A stretch of 64,000 nucleotides of DNA from Chloroflexota bacterium. Its GTDB lineage: Bacteria > Chloroflexota > Anaerolineae > Promineifilales > Promineifilaceae. The stretch spans positions 29 to 64,028 of the forward strand of contig PDQY01000100.1 in assembly GCA_002746795.1 (NCBI GenBank), written 5' to 3'. This document shows, piece by piece, positions 48,050 to 56,783 of this stretch (position 1 is the first letter of the stretch; every line of letters starts with the position of its first letter). The notes under the pieces were generated by a model. It saw only the letters and a program-made list of their open reading frames with translations. It had not been told where the DNA came from and searched no databases. A program made the position numbers and the translations under genes.

Positions 48050-48727
48050 TTAGTTGAATTGGATATCCAGATCCATCGGCGGCTTGTCCTTGTCAACAAA
48101 CTCAGTTTCCCGAATGTGGTAGACAGCGGCGATAGCTTGATACTTGGGGCGAGCCATTTGGTCACTGTATTGCTCAACCGGTGGCGGCGAATCACCTTTA
48201 GCATAACGTGCCGCGTTCCGACCAATGTCACGGTAAGTTTCCAGCGAGATGACAGGAGCCTGCGGGAACAACTCAATATTCTGCAACGGCTGCAAGTCAC
48301 GTTGGTGGATAACCGTTGTGCCCCGTGATTGGATGGATATAGCAATGCCCGAGCCGCTCAACTCTGCACCACATTTGCCCACAAAAGCCACATCAGAGGT
48401 ATGCCACACGCGAAGGATGCGGGGCTTTACACCCTCCTCTTCGATACCAGCCATCAGTTCACGGAGAACGGCCGCATGGGGAATACCCGTAATCGTGCGT
48501 CTCTTCAATTTATCGCCAAAAGCAGGTGCCAGCGCGATCACAACCTCGTCAGAAGAAGTGCCTTGCTGTGCTTCGCCGACTTCACGAATCGTCATGTCAG
48601 CAACAGCATAATCCTCCTTGGCAGCGGGTACAGCAGGAGCTGCTGGGGCAGCATCGTTGCCATTGGCAACTTGCGCCAAAATCTCTTTTACAACTTCCCG
48701 CACGACAGCTTCAGATATTTGTGCCAT
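48050..48727 (-). CDS. pduD: diol dehydratase medium (beta) subunit
   Basis: 225 aa. N-terminal encapsulation-type helix [16 protein letters not shown]. Core [10 protein letters not shown]...[10 protein letters not shown]. Confidence 0.9.
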   Translation of the reverse strand: MAQISEAVVREVVKEILAQVANGNDAAPAAPAVPAAKEDYAVADMTIREVGEAQQGTSSDEVVIALAPAFGDKLKRRTITGIPHAAVLRELMAGIEEEGVKPRILRVWHTSDVAFVGKCGAELSGSGIAISIQSRGTTVIHQRDLQPLQNIELFPQAPVISLETYRDIGRNAARYAKGDSPPPVEQYSDQMARPKYQAIAAVYHIRETEFVDKDKPPMDLDIQFN

Positions 48728-48736
48728 TAGAACCTC

Positions 48737-50404
48737 CTAAATGTCCTCTGGGCTAATCGCATGACGGATATTGGATAGTTGTTTCCAACGTTCGCCTTCC
48801 AGACGATAGCCAGTACCCGGCCCCTGGTAATCATTCAAGTCATTGATGGCTGCAACCACATTGAAATCTTTATCCAGGACTGCGGACGTATGCAAATAGT
48901 CACCCGAAACGCGCTGTTTTTGCACATTCAGAATCGCTTCGGCCACTTCGGGATAACCATTCTTTGCCAATGCTTTGATTACATCCACCCCGGTGATACC
49001 ACGCTTCACAATGTCCTGCGCGGCTTTCGTGTCTTGCACCTTGTCACGCGGCGGCATATCGTGGCTGCCATGAGCGTAGGTGGCTGCTTCCACTTCTTCA
49101 TCAGTGATGGCTGGTAACCCTAATTCAATGAAAACCACTTGTAAGGCTTTGGCCGCTTTGTTACGAATGGCGATGATTTCATCTTCACTCACAGGGCGTA
49201 ACCCACCATCCACTTTCAGGTCGCGCTGGAGCGTGAGGAAATCGTCATAGTCATCGGAATCAAAGTTAGACCCGGCAAACACGTTGTCATAGTTAGGCAC
49301 AGCGCTGTAACCAGAGAAAATGAAGTCGGTGCCGGGCAAGAACTGCCCCATCAACCGCGCTGTGCGGCGGAATGGGGAGTGAGAAAAAGTTTGGTCGTTG
49401 CCGGATGCTACCTCCAGGTCAAGGCAGGTGGTCACCAGGTTTTCAGCCACAACCGCGCGGATACCGCCAGGCACGCCAGCGGGCACACCAATGCAGCTAA
49501 TGGAACCATTCTGCAAACCTTGTACACCGGCTGCTTTGGTAATCATGATGCATTTGATTTCCAGGTAGAGCATCGACTTGCCATCGGCATAAGCCATTTG
49601 GACTTCGGAACCGGTACCAGAGGTGAAGCGCATCTTCAAACCACGAGAAGCGTAAGCCGAGGCCAGGAATGCTTTCGACCAGGGAGTGTCATCCCCATCT
49701 TTGAAAACTTGTTCAGTGCCATAAACGGAGACGGTTTCAGCATAAGCGGTTAGGCCAAGCATGCCAAGCTGCAATTCTGTCGCTTCCTCCAAAGCATCCT
49801 GGCTCAACGCACCAGGACGGCCTGTTTGACCGCCAACCAGCAAACAAACTGCATTCATCGGGCCGTAGTTGAACACAGCAACAGTGGTTTCAATTTCATC
49901 AAAGCCGTAGTAGGTGGCTTCGGCAGCGTCTGCTGCCAGCAGAACGGGGTTGTCTTGAATGTTGGTAACATGAGCCTGGTTGCCAGGGGTACGACGCGCA
50001 CGCATTTTTTGCATGCCCATCATCATTTCGACAACGTTCAACTCATCCATAACGGCCGCAATTTTTGCTGGGGTCAAACCGGAGAAAACTTTGATTACTT
50101 CGGTGCGTGGTACGTTGATATCTACAATTTTACGAGCGATCTCCACACAGGGAATCGCCATCATTTCTTCAGCGCGACTTGTGTTGATGGCGTAATTGGC
50201 GATGAAGAGTTCGTTGAAATCGAATTCTTCGCGCTTCTTGCCATCCATCTCCACAATGACACCATTTTGCACTTTGACGCTGGGTGTGGGATCGTTAGGG
50301 CTGCCCATGGCAATCAAGCCAACGTCAGCCCATTCGGTGACGTAGCCATCTTTGTTGACTGCCCGTTCATCCATCACTTCAAATCTTTTTTGTCGTCTAG
50401 CCAT
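48737..50404 (-). CDS. pduC: B12-dependent diol/glycerol dehydratase large (alpha) subunit
   Basis: 555 aa. N-terminus MARRQKRFEVMDERAVNKDG. Collinear with PduC/DhaB1. Strong RBS GGAGGAGGTGG. Confidence 0.95.
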   Translation of the reverse strand: MARRQKRFEVMDERAVNKDGYVTEWADVGLIAMGSPNDPTPSVKVQNGVIVEMDGKKREEFDFNELFIANYAINTSRAEEMMAIPCVEIARKIVDINVPRTEVIKVFSGLTPAKIAAVMDELNVVEMMMGMQKMRARRTPGNQAHVTNIQDNPVLLAADAAEATYYGFDEIETTVAVFNYGPMNAVCLLVGGQTGRPGALSQDALEEATELQLGMLGLTAYAETVSVYGTEQVFKDGDDTPWSKAFLASAYASRGLKMRFTSGTGSEVQMAYADGKSMLYLEIKCIMITKAAGVQGLQNGSISCIGVPAGVPGGIRAVVAENLVTTCLDLEVASGNDQTFSHSPFRRTARLMGQFLPGTDFIFSGYSAVPNYDNVFAGSNFDSDDYDDFLTLQRDLKVDGGLRPVSEDEIIAIRNKAAKALQVVFIELGLPAITDEEVEAATYAHGSHDMPPRDKVQDTKAAQDIVKRGITGVDVIKALAKNGYPEVAEAILNVQKQRVSGDYLHTSAVLDKDFNVVAAINDLNDYQGPGTGYRLEGERWKQLSNIRHAISPEDI

Positions 50405-50468
50405 TGTGTTTCCACCTCCTCCAGAGGGGAGAGTAAAGTTAGTAGGTGACTTTGTCGTTGATGACTGT

Positions 50469-50585
50469 TCGAGATTAACAAAAGAAACGAGATACCCTCA
50501 CGCTATTTTTACGCGCTAAAGCGTGTACGACAAACGTTCGTAATGCAAAAATACCTGTGGAAGTATCTACATTCATTTGTCAAGT
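50469..50585 (-). promoter_or_regulatory. conserved leader element, copy 1 (one palindrome unit), upstream of pduC
   Basis: The reverse complement reads CTTGACAAATGAATGTAGATACTTCCACAGGTATTT...ACGAACGTTTGTCGTACACGCTTTAGCGCGTAAA...GGGTATCTCGTTTCTTTTGTTAATCTCGA. It aligns end to end with 54400-54666. Confidence 0.6.
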
Positions 50586-50644
50586 TTCAAAAGTCCTCAT
50601 TGCAAACAAAGCATACAAACAGAACCTACAAACAAAATCTGAGT

Positions 50645-51430
50645 CTAAATGTAGGGTTCGCCCAACCCTTCGGGGGCTTCACCTAAGGTGCCTAATAGTT
50701 TCACACCTACCTCGCGGGCGGTGAGAATGGCCTGACGCACAGCACCGGCGTCACCACTGAAGAAACCGATGACTTCGTTGGTCATAGATGTGCCAGCGGC
50801 AGGGCTGGCGTAACCAATCATGTCTACGTCTGCGGATTTCACAGCAGCATCAACCATAATCACACCAATACCAGCGGGGGCACCAACGCAGAGGCCAAAG
50901 GCACGGCCAATGGGAGCGCCGAAGGCTTTTTCGCAGGCGTAGCTGGCGCGAGCGGTGTATTGCAGCTCGATGTGACCAGCGTCGTTAGCGTAAACGTCGC
51001 CGAAGGTGCGTGCCAGATCTTTCAGGGCTACTTCGATGGCGCGGCGAGCGTCGGAAACTTCTTCAGCACCGAAGATGATGAGGGAACCGTGGCCTGCGCC
51101 ACCTTTGGTGTCACGGGGGAGTTCCACCACGACTAGTTCGGTGTTGGTCGCTTTAACGGCTTCATCAGCAGCCATAATTTGGGGGCCAGCACCGGTGCGA
51201 GCGCTTAGAACACCGATGGAACGGTATTTTTTATCCAGGCCCATTTTTTCATGTACAACAGGGTCCAAGTTGGCGATGACGATACCAATAGTGTCACCAA
51301 TGGCGGTGCCTACAAATTCTGTCATGCCAGGGTTGGCAAACGCAGCGGCCGGCGCAGCGGGGGCATCACTATTACCACCAACTTTGTCCATCACTTGTGC
51401 GACAATCATGTCTAAAACTTTGTCATCCAT
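50645..51430 (-). CDS. pduB: tandem-BMC shell protein PduB
   Basis: 261 aa with two permuted BMC domains. N-terminal helix DDKVLDMIVAQVMDKV followed by an Ala/Pro linker. Confidence 0.85.
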   Translation of the reverse strand: MDDKVLDMIVAQVMDKVGGNSDAPAAPAAAFANPGMTEFVGTAIGDTIGIVIANLDPVVHEKMGLDKKYRSIGVLSARTGAGPQIMAADEAVKATNTELVVVELPRDTKGGAGHGSLIIFGAEEVSDARRAIEVALKDLARTFGDVYANDAGHIELQYTARASYACEKAFGAPIGRAFGLCVGAPAGIGVIMVDAAVKSADVDMIGYASPAAGTSMTNEVIGFFSGDAGAVRQAILTAREVGVKLLGTLGEAPEGLGEPYI

Positions 51431-51573
51431 TGAGTCTTGCTCCTCTTAGAAAACTTTTTTCAGTTTCCATATCCGGGTTAATTTTTTGTCTCGATATTGT
51501 GATTTGTGAGGGCGCAGACGTTGCCATCTGCGCCCGATCACGGAGACTCCGGTCAATCCTGTGAAGGGATTTG

Positions 51574-51861
51574 TTATTCCTTCGCGGGCAGCAATGCTTC
51601 GGTGTCGGCATGCGGGCGCGGAATGACGTGAATGGAAACTACTTCGCCAACTCGTTTGGCGGCAGCAGCACCAGCATCAGTTGCAGCTTTAACTGCCCCA
51701 ACGTCACCACGAACCATGACAGTCACCAAACCGGAGCCGATTTTTTCCATGCCTACCAACGACACATTTGCCGCCTTAACCATGGCGTCAGCAGCTTCGA
51801 TCATTGCTACCAGGCCGCGGGTTTCTACTAAACCCAATGCTTCTCCTTGTGGTTTTGCCAT
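51574..51861 (-). CDS. pduA: BMC-H shell protein PduA/PduJ type
   Basis: [27 protein letters not shown]...HVIPRPH. 95 aa. Confidence 0.9.
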   Translation of the reverse strand: MAKPQGEALGLVETRGLVAMIEAADAMVKAANVSLVGMEKIGSGLVTVMVRGDVGAVKAATDAGAAAAKRVGEVVSIHVIPRPHADTEALLPAKE

Positions 51862-51926
51862 TTGATTCTCCTTATAAAAATAATTTCCGGTTCAGACTAT
51901 GAAGGGCCGAAACCGGAGTTGACAAA

Positions 51927-52421
51927 CTAAAATTTTCCAGTTAACAAGAAATCCCGAAGGTCAGAGACTCCGTATCCTGTTAAGGCTGATACACAAAAGA
52001 TTTTCCCCTTAACACCGGCGTCGGAGAGGGAAGCTTTGGCCAGAGCGGCATTGGCTTCTTTGTGATCCATTTTGGTGATGACGCCGATGACGGGTTGGGA
52101 AAATATTGAAAAGTAATTGGGCTGAAAAATGGAATCGTGGCGCGTGGCATCTTGCACGGCAATGAGCAGTTGCGCATCAAAGGCTGTGGAGGCAAGAACA
52201 CGGCGATAATGCCCCATTTCGATGAATTCGCCCGGCGTGTCAATGCCCCAACCGCTATAATCGATCATTTGGGTTTTGGCGGCGAGTTGGGGAGATTTGC
52301 CTTCTAAGGCTTTCTTTAGGGTTGTTTTGCCAGCACCAACGCCGCCGAAAAGCATGAAACGCCAGGGTTTGGCTTCTGTTGTGTTTACCATTTGTGGAAA
52401 TACGACCTTTTGTTGAATCAT
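51927..52421 (-). CDS. pduV: EutP/PduV-family small GTPase
   Basis: P-loop GGVGAGKTTL. 164 aa. Positioned in the shell gene block. Confidence 0.8.
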   Translation of the reverse strand: MIQQKVVFPQMVNTTEAKPWRFMLFGGVGAGKTTLKKALEGKSPQLAAKTQMIDYSGWGIDTPGEFIEMGHYRRVLASTAFDAQLLIAVQDATRHDSIFQPNYFSIFSQPVIGVITKMDHKEANAALAKASLSDAGVKGKIFCVSALTGYGVSDLRDFLLTGKF

Positions 52422-52431
52422 GCTGCTTGTC

Positions 52432-52809
52432 TCAAGTGCGCGTAATAGCTGCTGGGTGGAATCCTAAAATGTCGGCCATGCCGCTGTTGGCAGCTTCTAA
52501 GGCGGACTGCACACTGGATAAACGGCCGTTTATCACCAATGTCCCGCTAAACCTATCCAGGAACCCAATTTCTACATCGGCTGCTTTTAGAGCCAGGTCG
52601 CCAGCGATAATTGCGCTTTCACCGGGGGTAATGGTCATGATGCCAATCGCCTCTGCGTCACCCAATCCTATTCGTTGACATAACGGCTTGTCCGGGTTGG
52701 CGATGATGTGAGCAATGGTAACCTGCCGACCAGGGACGTATTCTTGAATGATGCGGGAAGACGCATGATCCAACTCTTGGTTGTGATGCGCTGCATACGG
52801 ATCCGTCAT
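52432..52809 (-). CDS. pduU: circularly permuted BMC shell protein PduU/EutS
   Basis: Start moved to ATG 52809. RIIQEYVPGRQVTIAHIIANP...EIGFLDRFSGTLVINGRLSSV matches Salmonella PduU ([20 protein letters not shown]...EIGFLDRFTG). Confidence 0.85.
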   Translation of the reverse strand: MTDPYAAHHNQELDHASSRIIQEYVPGRQVTIAHIIANPDKPLCQRIGLGDAEAIGIMTITPGESAIIAGDLALKAADVEIGFLDRFSGTLVINGRLSSVQSALEAANSGMADILGFHPAAITRT

Positions 52810-53232
52810 AATGTTCCCAGCATAACAACAGCAAATATTTGCCACAATTGACTTTTCGATGGAGTGTGTACACAAATCAACGGTGTTTTGTTTTGGTTAA
52901 TTTGTACACCTACGCCTTGATGTTTGGTTATGTTTAGTCGATTGTCTGTTGGGGTAACATAACGTTGGGAAGCGGGCGGTCGGGGAAATGTGCCAGCGTT
53001 AATTGCGACAAATTTTATGTACGAATACAAAAAACACCGTGGAAAAGTGCATATCCGACATCGCTTTGGTCATTGCTCTGATATGCGAGGCAATCTATGA
53101 TGAAACGTAAACCAAAAGTAATGTATGTTGGCGTGTCTGGGCTGCAACAAGAGTGCGGTGTGTGTGCAGGGCAGTTGAACGCCTGATCCTCGTCTCACGA
53201 CATGGATATAACCCACAACAGGAGAACTGTGA

Positions 53233-54366
53233 ATGAAAGCTGTTGTATATCAGGGGCCGAATAAGATCGCCCTACAGGAAATGCCGAAACCTTCCTTATT
53301 AGAAGAGACGGATGCCATTGTGCGTATCACGAAGACGACTCTTTGTGGCACGGATATGGCTATTTTGAAAGGCGGTGTCAAAAGCGTTGAGGCTGGTCGG
53401 ATTATCGGCCATGAAGGTGTCGGTGTGGTAGAAGCAGTGGGCGCAGGTGTGCGCCATTTCAAACCGGGTGATGCTGTCATCATTGCATGCATTACATCGT
53501 GCGGCACCTGCGAGAACTGCCGTCGTGGCATTCCCTCGAATTGTGTTGATGGCGGTTGGATTCTGGGCAATACTATTGATGGTTGCCAGGCTGAGTATGT
53601 TCGGGTGCCTTTTGCTGACAATGGTTTGTATAAGATTCCTGAACGTATGTGTGAAGAAGTGGCTTTGATGCTTTCCGATATTGTGCCTACTGGTTTAGAG
53701 GTGGGTGTCATGAACGGAGAGGTGCAGTTTGGGGATGTGGTGGCTGTGGTGGGCGCCGGTCCGGTTGGTTTGGCGGCCGTTTTGGCAGTGCAGTTTTTCT
53801 CACCCGCGGAAGTGATTGTGGTTGATTTAGATGAGCATCGTCTGAACTTGGCCAAGCAAATCGGGGCGACAGTGACGATTAACAATCAAGATGGGGATGC
53901 GGTTGAGCAGATTCTTGAGTTGACGAATGGTCGCGGGGTGGATGTTGCTATTGAAGCGGCTGGTCATCCGCTGACCTGCAAGGTGGTGCAGTCGATCATT
54001 GGAATTGGCGGCCGTATTGCCAATATTGGCGTGTACAGTCAAAGCGCGGAACTCCACAAGGAGTCTCTCTGGATCAAAAATGTGACGATTCGCATGGGAG
54101 TGGTCAATACTACGTCGATCCCCCTGCTGCTTAAGACGGTTTTGAGTGGCAAACTCGATCCGAGCCCATTGATTACTCACCGGTTCCCGTTTGAGGATAT
54201 TTTGCTGGCCTATGATGTTTTTGCTGAGGCAGGTCGGGAACATGCGGTTAAAATTGTTATCGATATGGGAGCCTCTGTGAAGGATGAGCCTGTCCCGGCC
54301 AAAACGTATGGTGAAGAGGAGTTGGTTGATTTGATTGTGCAGCAGGTGATGGCAAAGGCAAAATAA
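53233..54366 (+). CDS. zinc-dependent (MDR) alcohol dehydrogenase with C-terminal encapsulation-peptide-like helix
   Basis: GHEGVGVVEAVGAGV, structural-Zn loop CGTCENCRRG and GAGPVGL. After the fold ends (AVKIVIDM) there is a 30-aa tail: GASVKDEPVPAKTYGEEELVDLIVQQVMAKAK. Confidence 0.8.
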   Translation: MKAVVYQGPNKIALQEMPKPSLLEETDAIVRITKTTLCGTDMAILKGGVKSVEAGRIIGHEGVGVVEAVGAGVRHFKPGDAVIIACITSCGTCENCRRGIPSNCVDGGWILGNTIDGCQAEYVRVPFADNGLYKIPERMCEEVALMLSDIVPTGLEVGVMNGEVQFGDVVAVVGAGPVGLAAVLAVQFFSPAEVIVVDLDEHRLNLAKQIGATVTINNQDGDAVEQILELTNGRGVDVAIEAAGHPLTCKVVQSIIGIGGRIANIGVYSQSAELHKESLWIKNVTIRMGVVNTTSIPLLLKTVLSGKLDPSPLITHRFPFEDILLAYDVFAEAGREHAVKIVIDMGASVKDEPVPAKTYGEEELVDLIVQQVMAKAK

Positions 54367-54399
54367 ATTTGATATGTGATTTGTGATACGTAATTGGCA

Positions 54400-54666
54400 C
54401 TTAACAAATGAATGCAGATGCTTCAATGGGTATTTACATCCGTGTGCGTTCTACGAATGTTTGTAGTACGTGCTTTAGCACGTAAAGGCGCACTAAAGTA
54501 TGCTCGAATGTTTGTAGTACGTGCTTTAGCACGTAAAAGTGCACTAAAGTGCACACTACGAACTTTGTGGTATGTGCTTTAGCACGTAAAGGCGCACTAA
54601 AGTGCGCACTACGAACTTTGGCGGGCTTTAGTGCAAGGGTATCTGGTCTCTTTTGTTAATCTCGAA
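54400..54666 (+). promoter_or_regulatory. conserved leader element, copy 2 (three to four palindrome units), upstream of ackA
   Basis: CTTAACAAATGAATGCAGATGCTTCAATGGGTATTT. Then repeated units ACGAATGTTTGTAGTACGTGCTTTAGCACGTAAAGGCGCACTAAAGTGCGC. Then GGGTATCTGGTCTCTTTTGTTAATCTCGA. Confidence 0.6.
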
Positions 54667-54713
54667 AAACGTATCGTCACCCATGGTATTTTACGCATAA
54701 TGAAGGGATTTTT

Positions 54714-55907
54714 ATGATTTTAACGATTAACTGCGGCAGCTCAACATTAAAATATCAGCTTTTTTCAACGGATGTCGATCAGGTATTGGCAACGGGGATT
54801 GTGGCTCGGATTGGAGAGGATGGGTCTTATTTTAAGCAGGACGCAAACGGCCGTTCTCATCACGAACTCCATGTTATCAACAGCCACCACGAGGCCTTTA
54901 ATGCTTGCATCAACAGCTTACTACACCCAGAATATGGTGCCATTCAGTCAATTGACGAAATCAAAGCGGTGGGACACCGCGCCGTTCATGGGGCGGATTT
55001 GTTTATCGAATCAACGTTGATTGATGATGATGTCATTGCCAAGATGGAAGAATGTATCCCCCTGGCACCACTGCATAATCCACCCAATTTAATCGGTATC
55101 AAGGAGGCGCAAAGTTTGCTGCCCAATGTGCCGCACGTGGCGGTGTTTGACACGGCCTTTAACCAAACGTTGGCACCCAGAGCGTATATTTACTCGCTGC
55201 CTTATGCTTTGTATGAAAATCATAAAATTCGCAAATATGGCTTTCATGGCACATCGGTACGCTATGTTAGTAGACGAGCTGCGGCGGTATGGAAACGGCC
55301 GTTATCAACGCTAAAGATGGTTGTTTTTCACCTGGGCAACGGCGTCACCATGACGGCCGTTTCCGGAGGGAAAGCAGTGGATACCAGCATTGGGTTTGCC
55401 ACCTTCTCAGGCGTGATGATGGGCACTCGTTCCGGGGACATCGACCCAGGCTTAATATTCCACATGTACCGTGAAATGGACATGTCGATGGCAGAAATTG
55501 AGCAAATGGTCTACAAGGAAAGTGGGTTTCTGGGCATTTCTGGCGTGAGCAACGACGTGCGCGTCGTTGAGCAAGAAGCAGCCAAGGGCAACGAACGTTG
55601 TCAACTGGCGCTCGAGAAATTCGCGTTTATGGCCAAGAAGTATTGCGGTTCCTTTGCGGCAGCGATGGGAGGCCTGGATGCGCTTGTTTTCACGGCTGGT
55701 ATCGGTGAAAACAGCCCCACTATACGCCAAATGATCTGTGATGATTTGCAGTTCCTGGGCGTTGAGGTGGACGCAGAACTGAACGCAAAAGCAATTGGGG
55801 GCAAGGCTGAAATGGAGATTGGTTGTGGGCAAACGGCCGTTCTCGTCATCCCGACCAATGAAGAGAAAATGATCGCTCTCGATACGAAAGAGATAGCAAA
55901 AATATAG
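54714..55907 (+). CDS. ackA: acetate/propionate kinase
   Basis: ILTINCGSSTLKYQLF N-terminus and FHGTSVRYV. 397 aa. Functional equivalent of PduW. Confidence 0.85.
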   Translation: MILTINCGSSTLKYQLFSTDVDQVLATGIVARIGEDGSYFKQDANGRSHHELHVINSHHEAFNACINSLLHPEYGAIQSIDEIKAVGHRAVHGADLFIESTLIDDDVIAKMEECIPLAPLHNPPNLIGIKEAQSLLPNVPHVAVFDTAFNQTLAPRAYIYSLPYALYENHKIRKYGFHGTSVRYVSRRAAAVWKRPLSTLKMVVFHLGNGVTMTAVSGGKAVDTSIGFATFSGVMMGTRSGDIDPGLIFHMYREMDMSMAEIEQMVYKESGFLGISGVSNDVRVVEQEAAKGNERCQLALEKFAFMAKKYCGSFAAAMGGLDALVFTAGIGENSPTIRQMICDDLQFLGVEVDAELNAKAIGGKAEMEIGCGQTAVLVIPTNEEKMIALDTKEIAKI

Positions 55908-55929
55908 AGAGCCGCAGTTAACATAAAAC

Positions 55930-56748
55930 ATGAATCCAGGAATCAACCATATTCTCGAGCAAGCAGCAACCATTTTCAACCACAAACCAGCCGTGGCAAA
56001 CTATACCGGTACGGTACATGTAGGTGTCGATTTAGGAACAGCGTATACCGTGTTAGCAGTGTTGGATGAGGAGAAACGGCCGTTAGCCGGACGCTATCAG
56101 TTTGCCCAAATCGTACGGGATGGTCTCGTTGTCGATTTTATTGGTGCTATTCAACTGCTCAAGCAAATGAAGGCAGAGGTTGAAGCTGAATTGGGATTTC
56201 AACTAGAACATGCCGCCACGACCTACCCCCCCGGCGTGCCCCTGGCTGAAGTAAAAGCAACGCAAAATGTACTCATTGGGGCTGGGCTAGAATGCAGCCA
56301 ATTTGTGGACGAACCAACTGGCGCCAACGCCCTGTTGAACATCGCAGATGGCGCCATCGTAGATATTGGCGGCGGCACAACAGGTATCGCCATCGTCGAA
56401 CAGGGCAAAGTTATCTACACAGCCGACGAAGCCACAGGCGGCACCCATTTCTCACTAGTCGTGGCTGGCGCCATGAATGTGCCCTTCATTGAAGCCGAAA
56501 AAATCAAGAAAGATGCCACCCAGGCGCGTATGGTCTCCTCGCTGGTGCATCCTGTGATGCAAAAAGTGGGCAGTATTGTCGCCCGCCACATCGAAAAATT
56601 TAACGTGGGCACAATTTACCTGGTGGGTGGCACAAGCAGCCTGTTGGGGATTGATGAGGTCATTCACGAGATCACTGGGGTGAAAACAATCACGCCATCC
56701 CATCCTATGTTTGTCACACCGCTTGGCGTAGCCATGGTGGATCGATGA
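55930..56748 (+). CDS. eutJ: EutJ-family actin/Hsp70-fold protein
   Basis: VGVDLGTAYTVLAV and IVDIGGGTTGIAIVEQGKVIYTADEATGGTHF. Confidence 0.8.
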   Translation: MNPGINHILEQAATIFNHKPAVANYTGTVHVGVDLGTAYTVLAVLDEEKRPLAGRYQFAQIVRDGLVVDFIGAIQLLKQMKAEVEAELGFQLEHAATTYPPGVPLAEVKATQNVLIGAGLECSQFVDEPTGANALLNIADGAIVDIGGGTTGIAIVEQGKVIYTADEATGGTHFSLVVAGAMNVPFIEAEKIKKDATQARMVSSLVHPVMQKVGSIVARHIEKFNVGTIYLVGGTSSLLGIDEVIHEITGVKTITPSHPMFVTPLGVAMVDR

Positions 56749-56783
56749 ACGGAGGTCAGGGGAGCGATGACTGACGAGGGCTT

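Noticed and set aside
50560-50585. The TTGACA hexamer at the 5' end of the conserved leader element (CTTGACAAATGAATG...), considered as a -35 box.
   Set aside because: No acceptable -10 hexamer lies 16-19 nt downstream in either copy. In the ackA copy the hexamer is TTAACA. I kept the block only as part of a conserved element of unknown mechanism.
53250-54426. Two long minus-strand ORFs (211 aa and 199 aa) antisense to the Zn-ADH.
   Set aside because: The + strand product has full-length, motif-perfect MDR alcohol dehydrogenase similarity. The antisense products are compositionally odd (Thr/Ser/Pro or His/Asn/Arg rich), and I see no RBS for either.
54440-54640. Regularly spaced palindromic repeats that superficially look like a mini CRISPR array.
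   Set aside because: The units abut each other with no unique spacers. The repeats are degenerate and there are only three to four units. No cas genes are present. The same element occurs with one unit upstream of pduC.
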